This document shows, piece after piece, positions 13,666-26,962 of a DNA stretch of 64,000 nucleotides. The stretch's first letter is position 1. The number at the start of each line of letters is the position of its first letter. Origin of the DNA: Octopus sinensis. Taxonomy: Eukaryota. Where the stretch lies: assembly GCF_006345805.1 (NCBI RefSeq), contig NC_042998.1, positions 126,232,001 through 126,296,000 of the forward strand, given 5' to 3'. The notes under the pieces are model-generated. The model did not search any database. It saw nothing but the letters and a program-made list of their open reading frames with translations, and had not been told where the DNA came from. Both the position numbers and the translations under genes were made by a program.

Positions 13666-15194
13666 AGATTTAGTTTCAGCAATGTGTTGTGCTGGTGTCA
13701 CGTCCACTTGCTGCTTGGCCACATGTGTTTGCGCAGTTGCTGTGAGAAGTACTACACAGCACATCTCAAACATACGACTGTCAGCCCCTATTTCTTCTTC
13801 CTCCTTTCCAAATCTGTTTAGATATCATCTCTGTCTGGAACATTTTTCATTTTCTAACCGCTCTTATTTTCAACACAGCAGTGGCCGGACAAAAGCTTTG
13901 GCTTTAATGATACATGTCACTGAAAAGATAGCACCCATAATGAAATATATTCTTTTCAATACAATTAAGTACTGATTTGGACTAAATTTCTATTATATAA
14001 TGAATTTATATAGTTTATTTTCAGTTATTACATTGTGTTTATTTTTTTTTTTTCTTTTCTTTTATCACTTATGAGATGCCAAGTAATATGTTGGCTTGAA
14101 ATTTTTTATTTCATACATAACAAAAATTTCTTGGCAAGAATGAAGAAAAATGAGAAACTGGTCTGATTTCTGTAAATGACATGCTTCTGATATGTTTTTG
14201 TGTGTGTGCATGCATGTGGTCACTGCTTGTTTCCAAACCTTTTCACTCATTCATTCTGATCATAAAGAAGCTTGATATATAGACATCCTGATTTCTTGTT
14301 AGATTTAAATCTTTTTAAAGCTTAGGAAAATTGAAATGATATGACCTACATATATATATATGTATTTTATATAAGATTAATTTTATCTTTTATCATAGCA
14401 GATGTTTTTTAGGGTTGTTCATAAGACTGCAAGATTGTTATGAAAAGGAATCAAATGATGTTCACTCTGAGTGGGTGTCTGACTTATAAGTGTAATAGGC
14501 AGTGTACCACTATGACCTGTTTGTGTCAAGATTGTTATTGGCATCTAGCAAGAGCCATTTACCATCCTAAAATCCATATGAAAATTCCTCTGCAGTTTGT
14601 TAGTGACTTTTCCTCATCTTAATTTATTTTAGAAACCTATCCTGAAGAATTCTGTAAGTCTTTGAATTTTTCTGAGAATGCTTTGCTGCTTTATTTCAAT
14701 TTTGTCTTCCCACATCTAAACTCTCAGCTGGTTGGCATTGGCAAGATGTAGCAGCAGTTGTGTGGTTTACTTTTCATGCCAATACATTTAGATTGCCTCT
14801 GTAGGTTGGTTTTAGGGCAAGTTGGCTTCAACAAGTATAAGGGATCAAAAGAAAGTTACTCCCCATCCACCTTTTTTCATTATTATTATTATTTAAAAAG
14901 AAAAAAAATCTTTACTTTCCAGTTCCTTGAAAACTTTTTACCCCTGTTGCTATTTACCTTGCCCTACTTCTCTCAGACCCCTTTCCCCGTTGCTAACTCC
15001 CTTGTTGTTCCACGTTAATCACCTATACTTTCTCTCACCTTATGGGTGCACAGCAGTGATTTCCAGTATTTAAATTTTGCTTGCTGTGAGTATTTATCTC
15101 ACTCACCAGTGACCTTTATTTTTAAAGGTTATGGCAAGTAATTTTAATGGACAGTCTTGCAGATCTAGAAATCTGTTGAAAAAGATATGTGGCC

Positions 15195-15200
15195 AATAAA
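15195..15200 (+). promoter_or_regulatory. Probable ETF1 polyadenylation signal
   Basis: First AATAAA I found after the stop, followed by a GT/T-rich tract (tggtttggtgtttcaatttttttcctgtgt). Implies a 3'UTR of about 1.55 kb. Confidence 0.5.
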
Positions 15201-15444
15201 AGCATAAAATGGTTTGGTGTTTCAATTTTTTTTCCTGTGTATGTGTGTATATGTGTGTATGTATATATATGTATACATATGTGTGTATGTATGTGATTTA
15301 TATACACACACACATATGCACTTTATATTTTTTGTGTGCATATTTTACATCTTTTTCAGCCTCTAATAGAAGTTCAAGGAATAGCTAACCGTTCTCATAG
15401 CCTTATTTCTCACAATACAAAGTTCCTGTCTTATTGGTATTAGC

Positions 15445-15720
15445 ATTTAATGTCCATGTTCCATGCTGGCATCGGTTGGATGGTTTGACAGGATCTGATG
15501 TTTCCAAGGAATGCCTTGTCTTCCAATGTCTGTTTTGGCATGGTTTCTACAGTTGGATGCCATTCCTAATGCTAACAACTTTACAGTTTTGACTGGGTGC
15601 TTTTTTATGTGCCACCCGCACTATTGGAGTTGCTGTGCAGTTCACAGGACTGCAAGCCCTAGGGGAAATTGGGATAGGACAGCTTCCTGCTAGGATATGA
15701 GGGTATTACTATGAGAAGTG
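15445..15720 (-). mobile_element. Retroposon with the shared (GAT)n-type tail
   Basis: tttaatgtccatgttccatgctggcat...ggatgccattcctaatgc...gggtgcttttttatgtgccac. Confidence 0.6.
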
Positions 15721-17671
15721 GGGTGAGGATAGTGCAGGTTCTTGTAGAGGTATCTATGTAGTTACTTATATATTGTAAAGAAAAAGATAAGAGGGGAAAA
15801 GAAAAAGATCAGGAGCTGCAAGAGATAGATAATGGCAATGAGGTGCCCAGGGGGTCCCCACAAAACACAAACTGAAATGAAGTGGTTAGGTGAGTTGGCA
15901 GTTTGAAAATTTGTTAGCAAAGGAGAATGAGGAATGGAGAGGATTGATATGTTAACTGTATTTTGAACACAATTTAAAAAGTGGGGTTTTATGTGTCATT
16001 ATGAAACTTTTACTCAGGACAATTTATTTTCATACTATTACATGTGATTAAATTTATATATAATGCAGGTGTTTTCAGAAGAGTTGTTATCATGGAACCA
16101 GAAGTGGTTTTGAAAGAGTTAATTCATATAGCTGAACTGTTGTTAGCAAATTACGATTTTGAATTAATTTTACAGAAGTATGTTGTTTGTTCTCTAAAAT
16201 TGATATTAATCTTCATAATTGAATTTGTTGCTACATTGCAAACATTATTAATTATAGACATCAATAGTGAGGTTGTATTGCTTGTTTCAAGTCTTAAAAT
16301 AGTACACTCAAATGCAAATCCAGTGTAATCTTAAAAGAAGTGTGTATTCAATGATGGGCTATGAGTTGAGAATTGTGGATGAGATGTGAAAAGAATTAAA
16401 AAGCATTGATAAATTATGTGATGTATTTTCTGTTTGAAAATTTTCATGTTTGTATCGTTTAGTTCTGTGAGCATCTTTTCCCTTTAAGAAGGGTTATAGG
16501 AAACTTATGGACTTTAATCTGAATTGATATAGTTGTGGATTTGAATGTATTCCAATAGGATCTTGCAACTGGATTGATTGTTATTCGTTTGAAAGGAAAC
16601 TGGATTCTTTCTAAAGAGGATAGTATAAAAGACATTGTTTTTAATCTCAGAATGTTGACTATATTCTTGTTGATATTATTTATGTAACCTTGAGCACGTT
16701 TAAAGTTTCATCAAAGTAACAAGATAATGAAGCAGTTGTGTGCCAATATATGATTAATGAAAAAGAACTTACAAATATGATGTCTTTGTTTAAAGAATAC
16801 TTGATTTATTTTTCCAAATATGTTGTAATCATCATATGTTTACATTTTTTCACATTCGTGTCAGACACCCTCCAGAATTTTGCCATAGAAATTTGATTTT
16901 GCTATAGTCATTATCTTTGGATTGGCTTCATGTATTTGATGTATAGGAGATGAATGTGATGTGAAAAAAAAAGGTTTAAATTAGACTTGTACAGATTATG
17001 TATAAGTTTTTGTGGATCTTGTGGGTTTCTTTTTTAAACCCCCCTCATTTCTCAAAGAAATATATCAAGTGGTACTCTTGTTAGTTACCTGGTTGTTGTT
17101 ACTTGATAGATTTGGGGTTTTCTTCTGTGACTATCATTTGAGATTATATATATTATGTAGAGTCTTCATCAGTCATACAAACTGGAACCAGATTGAATTT
17201 ATGACTATTCAATAATTTCATTCTCTGTCTTCTCAGTTATTGTGGCTCTTAGTGTTTCAGTTTCCTATTTAAGTCATTTCTACTTCATCTTTCTTATGAA
17301 TTTGTCAACTTCAATCACTCTTCTGCTTTTTAGCACCATTTGACTAATTCTCATGACACTACAGGCTTACATTTGCCATTTATTTTAACAAGCCAGTTGC
17401 CTGCCTACGTTTTACTCTGGTTAATGTGTATCACTTTTTGATTTCTTTGATACTGTTACCTAAGCTTTAATTTATTTCATTGCTAACAGGATTAATCTGG
17501 AAAGATTTGAGATTAGTATAGGATATATATGGATTGAAGCCAGAAAATAGAAATGTTAGTTGTTTTCCTGTGGGTGCACTGTTAAATGTTTGATGCTATA
17601 CTTATGTATTGATTCTGTGTTTTCACTTAAAGGGAAGAATCAAAATATAACCATTTTGTTTACATGGGTTC

Positions 17672-17950
17672 AGGTATGGCTGTTTAGTTATTGTGTTTGC
17701 TTCACAGCTATGGGGTTTCTTCATTTGATCCTGCTTTGTAGTATGTTGGGCAAGTGTCTTATATATTAGGTTGTCCCAAAAGTTCGTAAACACTTGCGAA
17801 AATTGAATTTTTACTCGCCAAGTACTAACAAAAACAACAAAAATTATTCCTCAAAATAAAGACCATTATTTTCCAAGACTTTCTACAAACTTTTGGGACA
17901 ACCTTATAGTTTCACTTCAAGCAATACCTTAGAAACTGCAAGTCAGTTGT
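17672..17950 (+). mobile_element. Decayed tRNA-head SINE (family A) interrupted by a mariner MITE
   Basis: caggtatggctgtttag...ttgggcaagtgtctt matches the family A head; the sequence resumes after 17908. Confidence 0.55.
17766..17906. mobile_element. Tc1/mariner-type MITE, 141 bp
   Basis: 23-bp TIRs ttaggttgtcccaaaagttcgta / tacaaacttttgggacaacctta (2 mismatches), flanked by TA at 17764-17765 and 17907-17908. The TTAGGTTG start is typical of mariner TIRs. Confidence 0.85.
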
Positions 17951-19199
17951 ATATGTGTGTGTGTGTTTATCTTACTGATGTACATTAATGAAAGATATAA
18001 GCACTAAGAAACTCTGAAACTGGTGACTCTCCTTTGTCACTCTTACTTTTGTAAATACAGTAAACCAAGGATTAGTTTACTGGATCTCTAACAAGCGACA
18101 CTATTGTTCACAAATTGCAATATTACATTTAAGTAAAATAGTAGGGTGATTTTGAAGTTGTATGGGGAAAAGAATGTTGGAGATTGCCTCAGGTTTCCAT
18201 AAGAGGCAGTTTTAAAACTAAGCTGCCTGAATCAGAAAATCTTAAAAGATTACCACAAAACAAATTTTGCAGTGAAAATGTAATACACTGGTTTCAAAAC
18301 TACAATTATAGGACATTTCAGTTGGAAGAAACATATAGATTCTAACTAAAACAGATAAGATTAGGAAATGAAGTATGTCTTTATCCAGCTGCCATACTAG
18401 AAGCTTTTCTTTCTTTTTTTTTTTTTGTCATCTTTTACAAAGGATAAAGCTTCAAATAAAAGCAACAGAATTTTGCATACTTTTCTTAAAAGTAAGTTAT
18501 AACTTACCATATGGCAGAGTTTGTAAGCGAAATTTAGTGACCAAAGTCCCATTTAAGAACTACTGAAGATCCATGAAGGAATATGCTGAAATGGCCTCTT
18601 GACTTACAAGTAGACATTTTCTGCTCTGCAAGTTTATAAACAGATTTTAATGTTTTAATAATAAGAGCTGGATAAATTCTGTTAATAGCTAAGTGCATTG
18701 GCATGGGCACAAGTGCAATAAGGCTAGACAAACTGCAGTTGATCTTGTTGAGTATTCTTTCTAATCAACCATCTGTATTTCATGTTTACCTTTTTAAAGC
18801 TTCAAATGGAATTCATTTTGCATTATATAGTTGAAGCAATGTATTATAAGTCTTTACTTGCATTCTTTTTATCCATTTTGAAGTTGTAAGAAAGAAATGA
18901 TGAGGGAGGCTCATGAACATATGCACACGTTGTTTAAACCTTGTCATCAAAAGCATTTTGCAATGCATTTGTTTCTTTATGTAAAAGGTCAAGATCAGAG
19001 AAAGCTTGAATATTAATATTGGATTTCTTTAGAGTTGGGGTATATGACTTCCCTCACACTGACAGTTAATATCAACATAGAAAATCTGTTTCTTACAATG
19101 TCCATTTGACTTGGTTTTACACTGCTACTATCACTCTGTTTCTAGTTTTGTCTTTCTCCTAGTTTCAGTTCACTTATATTTGCTTTTGATACTTCTTGT

Positions 19200-19895
19200 T
19201 AGGCTCCAAGACTGATCTCAACAATGAAACCTACAAAGGAAATGACAAAAGAGCGAGGTACCTGTCTACCACAACAATTGATATCCTAATACCACCTTAA
19301 TAATACCTCTCTATGTCAACCAGTTCTTCCTTCATTTCATCCCCAAGATTAGAATAGGTATATACTACATCCTCCTGCTTATTCAGTTAACTTCTGTTTT
19401 CCATTATCTTTCCCTGCTTGCTGTCTCCACCATTCAGCTCCTTTCTGTACCTTCTCTCTTCTATGTTAACACATTACTTATTTGCTTTCATCATATATCT
19501 ACTGTAACCCCTTCCCCCAAACCTCTCCTATATTCACTCCATTTTCCACAGTCACCTGTGTTTCATCACCCTCTCTCTTTATTTTACTCTCTGGCTCACC
19601 TGTTCACTTTATCTTACTCTCTAACTCACCATCCTTTCTTCTCCAACCAGAGTATCCATGTATCTATTCTGCAGTAAGATACCCATCCCTGTATACCTTA
19701 ATCTCTCATGAACTGGCACAAAGTCACTCTCCACTCTCAGTTGAGGGGTCTTTGTCTTGCTGGTGCCATGTAAAAAAACACTCAGTACACTCTAGTGATT
19801 GGTGAGTATCCAACTGTAGAAACTATACCAAAACAGACAATGAAGCCTGAAATCGTCCAATCCTTGCCAGCATGAAAAATAGGTATTAAGTGATA
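19200..19895 (+). mobile_element. Composite retroposon: Penelope-like relic, pyrimidine-rich tract and shared tail (family C)
   Basis: CT-rich tract 19400-19740, then ctcagttgaggggtctttgtcttgctggtgccatgtaaaaaaacac...ttgccagcatgaaaa. The junction recurs at ~24470, ~29900 and ~42890. Confidence 0.5.
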
Positions 19896-20250
19896 ATTGA
19901 TGATATAGTTCTGCCTCTGGTGGGTCAAGCATCCATATTAAAGCTGCCATTTTTATTAGTTTTTACTGGGTTGCAAGTTTACACGTATAATTCCACCACT
20001 TGAAGCATGGAGTAATTTGCGTTTCAAACTTGTAAGCATTTGGACAAAACCTCTGGCAATGAATTATCTTGATCTCACTAAATACTAACAACAACTACAC
20101 TACGCTTTCTTTAATGTGTTAGCCATAAAATAACCCTAATGTCTGCAGTTTAAAATCTAACCTAGATTCCAAGTTTCACCAAATAACAAGCAACATTCTT
20201 CCCCTATAGTTCCGGTAAGATCTACAACAAAGAATTCCACTTCTTTTTAA

Positions 20251-21283
20251 CCCTTTCGTTACCAAACCCGCCCGTATTTACCTATTCATATTTAAATGAG
20301 AATATCAGAGCAAATCTCTTTATTACATTCGTGAAAACATGTGATTATACTTTGTAAACAGTTCATCTACAGTTTTGTACAATGATCGAAGTGTAATTTT
20401 AATTCCGTGAATTTTGGGAGATTTTTTTCCGAAATTTGTTCCTATTGTGTTTTCAAAATTTGTAATTCTGACAAAAAATGGATACGAATTTCATTATATC
20501 AAGCAGCGAGTCAAAATTCGAAGGCTTTTCTACTGAAGACCTTCATAAATCTAACTCTATGACTGAAAAAAAAAAAGCACGAGGTATTTGATAATGAATC
20601 CGATGTTTCATTTTCCGAAAGTGAAAACAGTGAATCCGAGAGCTCCGACAGCGATAAAGAAAATGAATTGGCACCTGAATGGAGTGAAAATTTTAAAACT
20701 GTTTCTTTCGGTGATTTATCTGAAGAAACTGGACCAAGCCACAGTCTTTCCCAGGAGAGTAAAGCCTTAGACTATTTCTATTTACTTTTTCGAATGAGCC
20801 TATTTGAAATCATTACGGCGGAAACGAACCATTACGCTAAATGTAAACAAAGCGAAAGAAAGGATAGTTTGTGGTTTCCCACAACCTTAAATGAAATTAA
20901 TGCCTATTTTGCCATAAATATTATGGGTATCAGAAAGTTACCCAGAATAACAAATTCTATAGTAAAATTTTGTTGTATACCCAATTGAATATTAGCTAAT
21001 AACCCATTTTCTATAGCGATGTTTGAACAAAATTTTAATAATTTTATATTTTGTTGAATTTACCTGTATCTACCTGCAATTAGAGTCACTTTGTGACAAA
21101 AATTATAGTATAGAATTGGTTGAGAACATTTCATTAAATTATCTTCCAAAAATCAGATTAATATATTGATAAATAAAAAAGTTATAGTTGTTTAATGAAA
21201 CCAGACTAAATTTATGATTGTGTTAGAAATTAATTGAAACATATAAGGGGTGTATTTTGGGCAGAAATATAGTAACGAAAGGG
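20251..21283 (+). mobile_element. Internally deleted piggyBac transposon, 1033 bp, non-autonomous
   Basis: TTAA TSDs at 20247-20250 and 21284-21287; identical 12-bp TIRs ccctttcgttac / gtaacgaaaggg. Transposase N-terminal relic from ATG 20478: acidic stretch then ALDYFYLLF...IITAETNHYA...WFPTTLNEINAYFAINIMGIRKLPRI. Catalytic core absent. Confidence 0.92.
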
Positions 21284-21329
21284 TTAATGCGTTAATCTGG
21301 AGGAAAGTATGGAGTTTACAGGTGATCTA

Positions 21330-22750
21330 AGACCAGTGTATATAGTATATGGCATCTGGAATGGTGCTACTATGCACATGCGTACACTCTAGAGAAAGAC
21401 CATTCAACTGACTGGTACAATTTTGGTCTCCAATATTCTGGTCCACAAATGTACTATCTCCTCATTACCTTTTCTAATGCTACAAATGAGGTCTCTGCTC
21501 TGTGGTTGCCACTAAGATGTTTAACAACACTGTGCCAGAAATCTTTGTCCCCCATTAGCTTTGGTAGGTTTCAATTCCATGTTTGTCTCTGCTAATAACA
21601 TTAAAGCAACTGAGTGGTCTTCGTCCTCTGTTAGGGTGGAAAAGTCTCCAAAATGATATATAATATGGCCTGTTGTTCAGTATAGAATGTGTCCATAAAT
21701 TTCCTTTTTGGTCTTATGCAAATCCCATGCGATGTATTGAACCCTTATCAGAAGCCTGGTATCTATGTGATCTTGAAACTCTTGATGCCCAGGTTTTGTC
21801 TCCATAGAGGAGAAGGCCAGGCTTGTTGATTTTGAAATGATTTTGAAGCTTGTTCATTGCATATCAGGAAGTCTTTCTTACTGTCACCAACCCAAGGTAC
21901 TTCAAGTCATTGTGTCATGTGTTGTTATGAAATTTTGCAGGTGGTTCTTATCCTTATTTCCAATCATATACTCAGTCAACATTGAGAAACCGACTGACTA
22001 AAGCATTCTCAAGAGATGTCTTGTGTGTCACACACTTTGAGCTACATCAGCATAGTCAGAGTCACTGAGATATGGTTCTGCTGATGTCTCGATCACTTCT
22101 GCTAGATGGGGGTCAAGATATTACCTTAGGATGGAATCCACTACAATAACAAAAGAAAAAGAACTAAAGTATCATTCAAGATTTATAAAGCTAAAGGTGA
22201 GAGTTTAATTTCTCTGTAGAGGCAAGTGAAGATCACTTTTTGGAAGTGGAATAATTGAAGATTGAAAACGTTTTGTTTCCTTTATTGGTCTCATCTCAAG
22301 TCCAACAGATGTAGAAGAGTTCACTCTTCCAGATGGTGGCTAGGATATTATCTGGAATTGATGTCTTGTCTAGGCATTTTTTAAAGCTCTTCTATGGTAA
22401 ATGCGCCAGGCTCAATAAGCAAGCAGTCTGGTACTTTATAGGTGAAGAAAGAGTTGTCATCAAGATTGGAGTTATGTAGCTGTTTTACCAAGAAGCAGTT
22501 TGAAAATACTCAACCAGACCTCTCAATGCTGATCAGTGTTTTTCCTTGCTATGTTCATCATTAGAGAAATTGTCTTCAAAAGCTGCCTGGGCAGCAACAT
22601 GCTTATTTTCATTATGGAAGTCTTCAAATTCTTCAGTTTTTGATTCTAGTGCCTCCTTGTATGTTTTATCAAGTGTGACTTTAAAGTGAGTCAAGGTAAT
22701 GACAGCTTCCTTAGATTTCTGCTATTTGAAGAGACAGGCAGTTATGGCAG
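21330..22750 (-). mobile_element. Decayed RTE-clade LINE (a second RTE family)
   Basis: Minus-strand PGAFTIEEL (~22400), FVIVVDSILR (~22140), DSDYADVA (~22050), LKYLG (~21900), LLLYGDKTW (~21800), TRLLIRVQ (~21755). Confidence 0.8.
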
Positions 22751-24399
22751 CTTACAGTTCTCTAGACACTACTACATTACTAGAAATAGTTGAATAATAC
22801 TACAGGTATGTATATACAGCATGGCTTAGTTTTTTTAATTTACTACTGAATGTATTGGCTAATTATAGAAATATGTGTATCCTTTACCTTGTTTAGGCAA
22901 GCTCTTTCAATACATTCTAAGTGCCTGGTACTTAGTGTTGGGGCTCATCTTAACCTGTGATTTTTAGCAGTTAAGGTATGAGGTTTAAACTAAAAGTATT
23001 GTAAAAATGAGCATAACTGTGTTATTAATCAACATAAGTCTTTCTAATTGCACATGTTAGTAGAGTAACACTTCCTCTATGCAAAGGTATTACTCAACAC
23101 AGTTTCCATAGTACTATTTTTGAGTCCAACTCTTGAATCCTCTTTGAAAAAAAATGCAAGTGTGTTGTGTTGTATACACTTCTTCACAGCTCCTTTCATC
23201 TTGTCTGAGACTAAACTGTCACAGAAGATATATTTGTCATTCCCCATGGATTGAATCTTCATTTCTGGATCAAAGGTACACCCATGTTTCATCCCTTGTC
23301 ACCATCATCATCACTAGAGAAAAAAGGTATTGGTTTCAAATGCTTCCAATAAATTAGATGCTCTCCTTCAAAATGGATGTCAGCTTCTGAGGAATTCACT
23401 TTCCAATACCTTAAGTCTTCCACTATCTGTAATGCATGATGACCACAATCTAATTGTGCAACAAGCTTGTGAATTGTAACTTGTCTGTCTGCAATTCATT
23501 TCATCTGCTCATTGGTGATTTATGTCAGTGGTCACAGTTAATGGTTTGTTACCAATGCTGGCTTCTACCTTGCTGCTGATAGTACTCGTAATATTATACC
23601 TAACACCTCTCATCTCTTTATATTACATATCCATATGAGATACAGCTGTTGCTCTTGCACACATAATTATTTTTTTGTAAGTCCAGCTGGTTTCTCAGTT
23701 TTCTTGTATTTACCTTTCATAAAAATTTATATTACAAATCCAACAGATTATATTCAACATATTCTATTCATTGTAAATTTTGTTACTGAAGAGAAATGTC
23801 AAACAAATACAGCTTACATTTCTTTTATCATATGTAGGTGTGGGAAATATGGTAATAAATAATACATTTATTGATGTCTCTGGCTAAAAATATTTACAGC
23901 CTCGGGTAAAAACTGTTTTCCATTTTTGTATGTGGCGAAGCAAACCAATGAAGAATCTCTACGTGATCAATTGAATTGCAAGAAATAACAATGAAATTTC
24001 TCTTATCATGCCTGCCATTTTTTCTTGAAGAGACAGAACACAGTAGATAGTTATAAGTACTTTTGATGACAGGGTCTAAATCAGTCGTGGGCAAACTGTG
24101 GCCCATAGTACTTTCTGAATGCCATGCCAAACAAAAAATTACCTTTAATTTGTTAAGTAGCATAGTCCACCTGATGCAGCCTGCTTCTCAAAAGAAAAAC
24201 AAAAAAAACCAGCCCATACCTGGTCTAAATGTCAACAGTAACAAATCTTGCTCCTGGATAGAATGTCAAGTAAATCTAAATTTACTCAACATCCTATATG
24301 CCAAGGAGTTTATGCATATAATACTATAAAAATAAAATTTAATTGAATGCAAGGTAGCCATGCATCTCTTCTAGAGCATGAAACCTTTCTGAGCTCCTG

Positions 24400-24690
24400 C
24401 CTTCATTGTTTAACTTTTCTTCTAGCATAAAGTTGCCTCCTTCTCTGTTTTAGTTCCACTCAGTTGAGGTGGATCTTAGTCTTGCAAGTTATGTGATAAC
24501 CTCACTAGTGTTGGTGCCATAAAAGAAAATGTGCAGTTCACTCTGCGAAGTAGTTGGCAATGAGAAGGGATTCCAGCCATAGAAACCATGTCAAAACAGA
24601 CATTGGAGCATGACATAATCCTCCACCTCATCAACTGCTGTTGAGCTATACCAGTATGGAAGACAGGCATTAAATGATGATGTTGATGTA
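24400..24690 (+). mobile_element. Family C retroposon (pyrimidine tract plus shared tail)
   Basis: ctcagttgaggtggatcttagtcttgcaagttatgtgataacctcactagtgttggtgccat...ggcattaaatgatgatgttgatg. Confidence 0.55.
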
Positions 24691-25022
24691 TTTCACATAT
24701 GTACTAGTACTTCTGCAAGATCTTTCATTGATACCTCTAATACTGACTTCTCAAATTGTGGCAAAGTCTAGAGATGTGTTGGATAGATTCTACTGACAAT
24801 GTTGACTCTGATAACTGAAAAGAAGATCAGAAAAAAAAAAACTCAAAGTCATTTAATCAAGTTCTTTACTGATTCAGCTCTTCCAGACCTCTCCAATATT
24901 TAAGTTCCAAAGGAAAGGATTTTTTTTTTGTGCGTGTAACAAGATTATAGACAGATATAAATTCAAATGAGGGCTTTAAATAATTGACAGATGTCTGAGC
25001 AAAAGCACTGTTAAGAAGTAAT

Positions 25023-25245
25023 TTAACTCTGGCATTCAGATTACACTGTCAAATATAATCCTCATTCATTCACATTGTTTTAAATTAATCATGCATTATA
25101 TCATAGCTTCGAGATTTCAATGACGTGATTGCTTATTTTTGGAATGACATTGTTAGGTCAATGTGAGAAGGCAGATCTGGTCAGTTTGATCATAAAACGT
25201 ATAGAATATTTGAACCAGATATGGCTAGTTTTAATGCTAAAAGAT
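25023..25245. mobile_element. Degenerate copy of the piggyBac-type MITE at 40469-40673
   Basis: ttaactctggcattcagattacactgtcaaat...tagaatatttg...aatgctaaaag aligns by eye with 40469-40673. Confidence 0.5.
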
Positions 25246-26956
25246 GAAAGTTATGGGGCACTAATTTGACAAAAGAATGTAAGCTTCATGATTCAGAGAC
25301 TCTGGAAATTAATATTTAGAACCCTCTTATTCAATGTATCCTTTTTTGAAGATAGGTTGTAATTTAAGGGAGATCTGACTGCTACTTCTGATAGGTTCAA
25401 TTGGCATGAAGAAGACAATTTTTGCAAATTGTTAAGTTAGATAGCTATCTGTCCTCCTAGATAATTGCTAATATGGGGAGTAAAGTGAGGTTTATCCATT
25501 CTAAATAGAACTTCTATATTTGATATAAACAAGAGGTTTTCAAGAAAAGTTAAGATTGAAGTATATAATCACATTTTATTGCTTATTTAGCAAGATTTGT
25601 ATAAAAAAGGTAACAAGAATAGTATGTAACAAAAAAAAATGAAAAATAATACAACAGGTTTCAAGTTAAAATGTTACTTTTGATAAAGTCCTTTTTTTCC
25701 TCATCTAAAAATGTATATTAAAACAAGAAAAAAATAGAATAACAACCAAATCTTATCTCCCCTCCCTCCCCATGTAAAAATACTCTAAACCTTGGCAATA
25801 ATACATATATCACAAACTCAATATATTAATTTATTAAACCTGAACATTGCATACAAATGCAAGCTTGTTGGCAATTATAAGTTGAATGAAATAGTAGTTG
25901 CATAGAGATCCAGAACCAAAGTTGGAATCAGTTTTACAGTACCAGCCACTTCATGAATATAAGAGAAATTTCTTTACTGAGACCCAAAGCGATAAGATTG
26001 TAACAAGAAGGATTTATTGTGAGGTAATGACTTTTTCAAAAGTAATAATCATGCGAGTGAAATGAAGTGACTTTGCTCAGGAATCAAAACTGGCTTGCTT
26101 ACTTCAGTACTCAATGTATACCCCAAACTTAATGTTGAAAATACTTCTAACATAATTGATGAAGTACTCATTAGTTACACAGCATCAATAGAAGTTTGTT
26201 TCAAGTGTTATTTATAGTTAGAATATTCTTGAATTTAGAGGTTTTTAAGTAAAGCCTGTCCTGAGAAGTAAAGACTCTACCAGCTGAAATTTATAAGATA
26301 CACATGATTCCATTTCAAACACACATAATTTCTTACAGTGACACAAAGTCATATGTCAAAGTGTATAGCCAGTTAAATTGATACAAGTTCATGGCTTGTT
26401 AGGGATAAAATGCAAAGTCCACTTACTGGGATTTGAACTCAGAACTAAATACTGGTACTTAACAGTTTCTACCTTCTTAATGATTCTTTCTAATTTTAGC
26501 ACAAGGCCAGTAATTTTTAAGGGGTTGGGGAAGTTGATTACATCAGTCCCAATGCTCAATTAGTACTTATTTTTCAACTCTAAAAAGATGAAAAGCAAAG
26601 TTGGCCTTGGCAGCATTTCAGCTCAGAGATGAAAGAAATACTGTAAAGAGCTGCAAGAAATACTGATAAGAAATAAAGTAAAGAACTGGAAGATATACTG
26701 TTAAGCCTTCATAATAATAATGCATTCTGCTTATAGGAATATATTCAATATTTACGATGATCTGAAGTTGAAAGGAAGGTAAATTACAGCAAAAAGAAGT
26801 AAAAGTTAGGCACTATAATTACAACTCCCCCAACAAATATTTTGATGAAATAACTATACTGAAAGTTGCAGATTTTGTTTTTCCTCATTATCATAGAGAG
26901 AGTAGCAGTGATGTTAAAGTATTATATACAATAAATCACATGTTCAAAAGTTCAAA

Positions 26957-26962
26957 TTTATT
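26957..26962 (-). promoter_or_regulatory. Possible CCDC149 polyadenylation signal
   Basis: First minus-strand AATAAA (plus-strand tttatt) I found after the stop, with T-rich sequence downstream. Confidence 0.35.
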
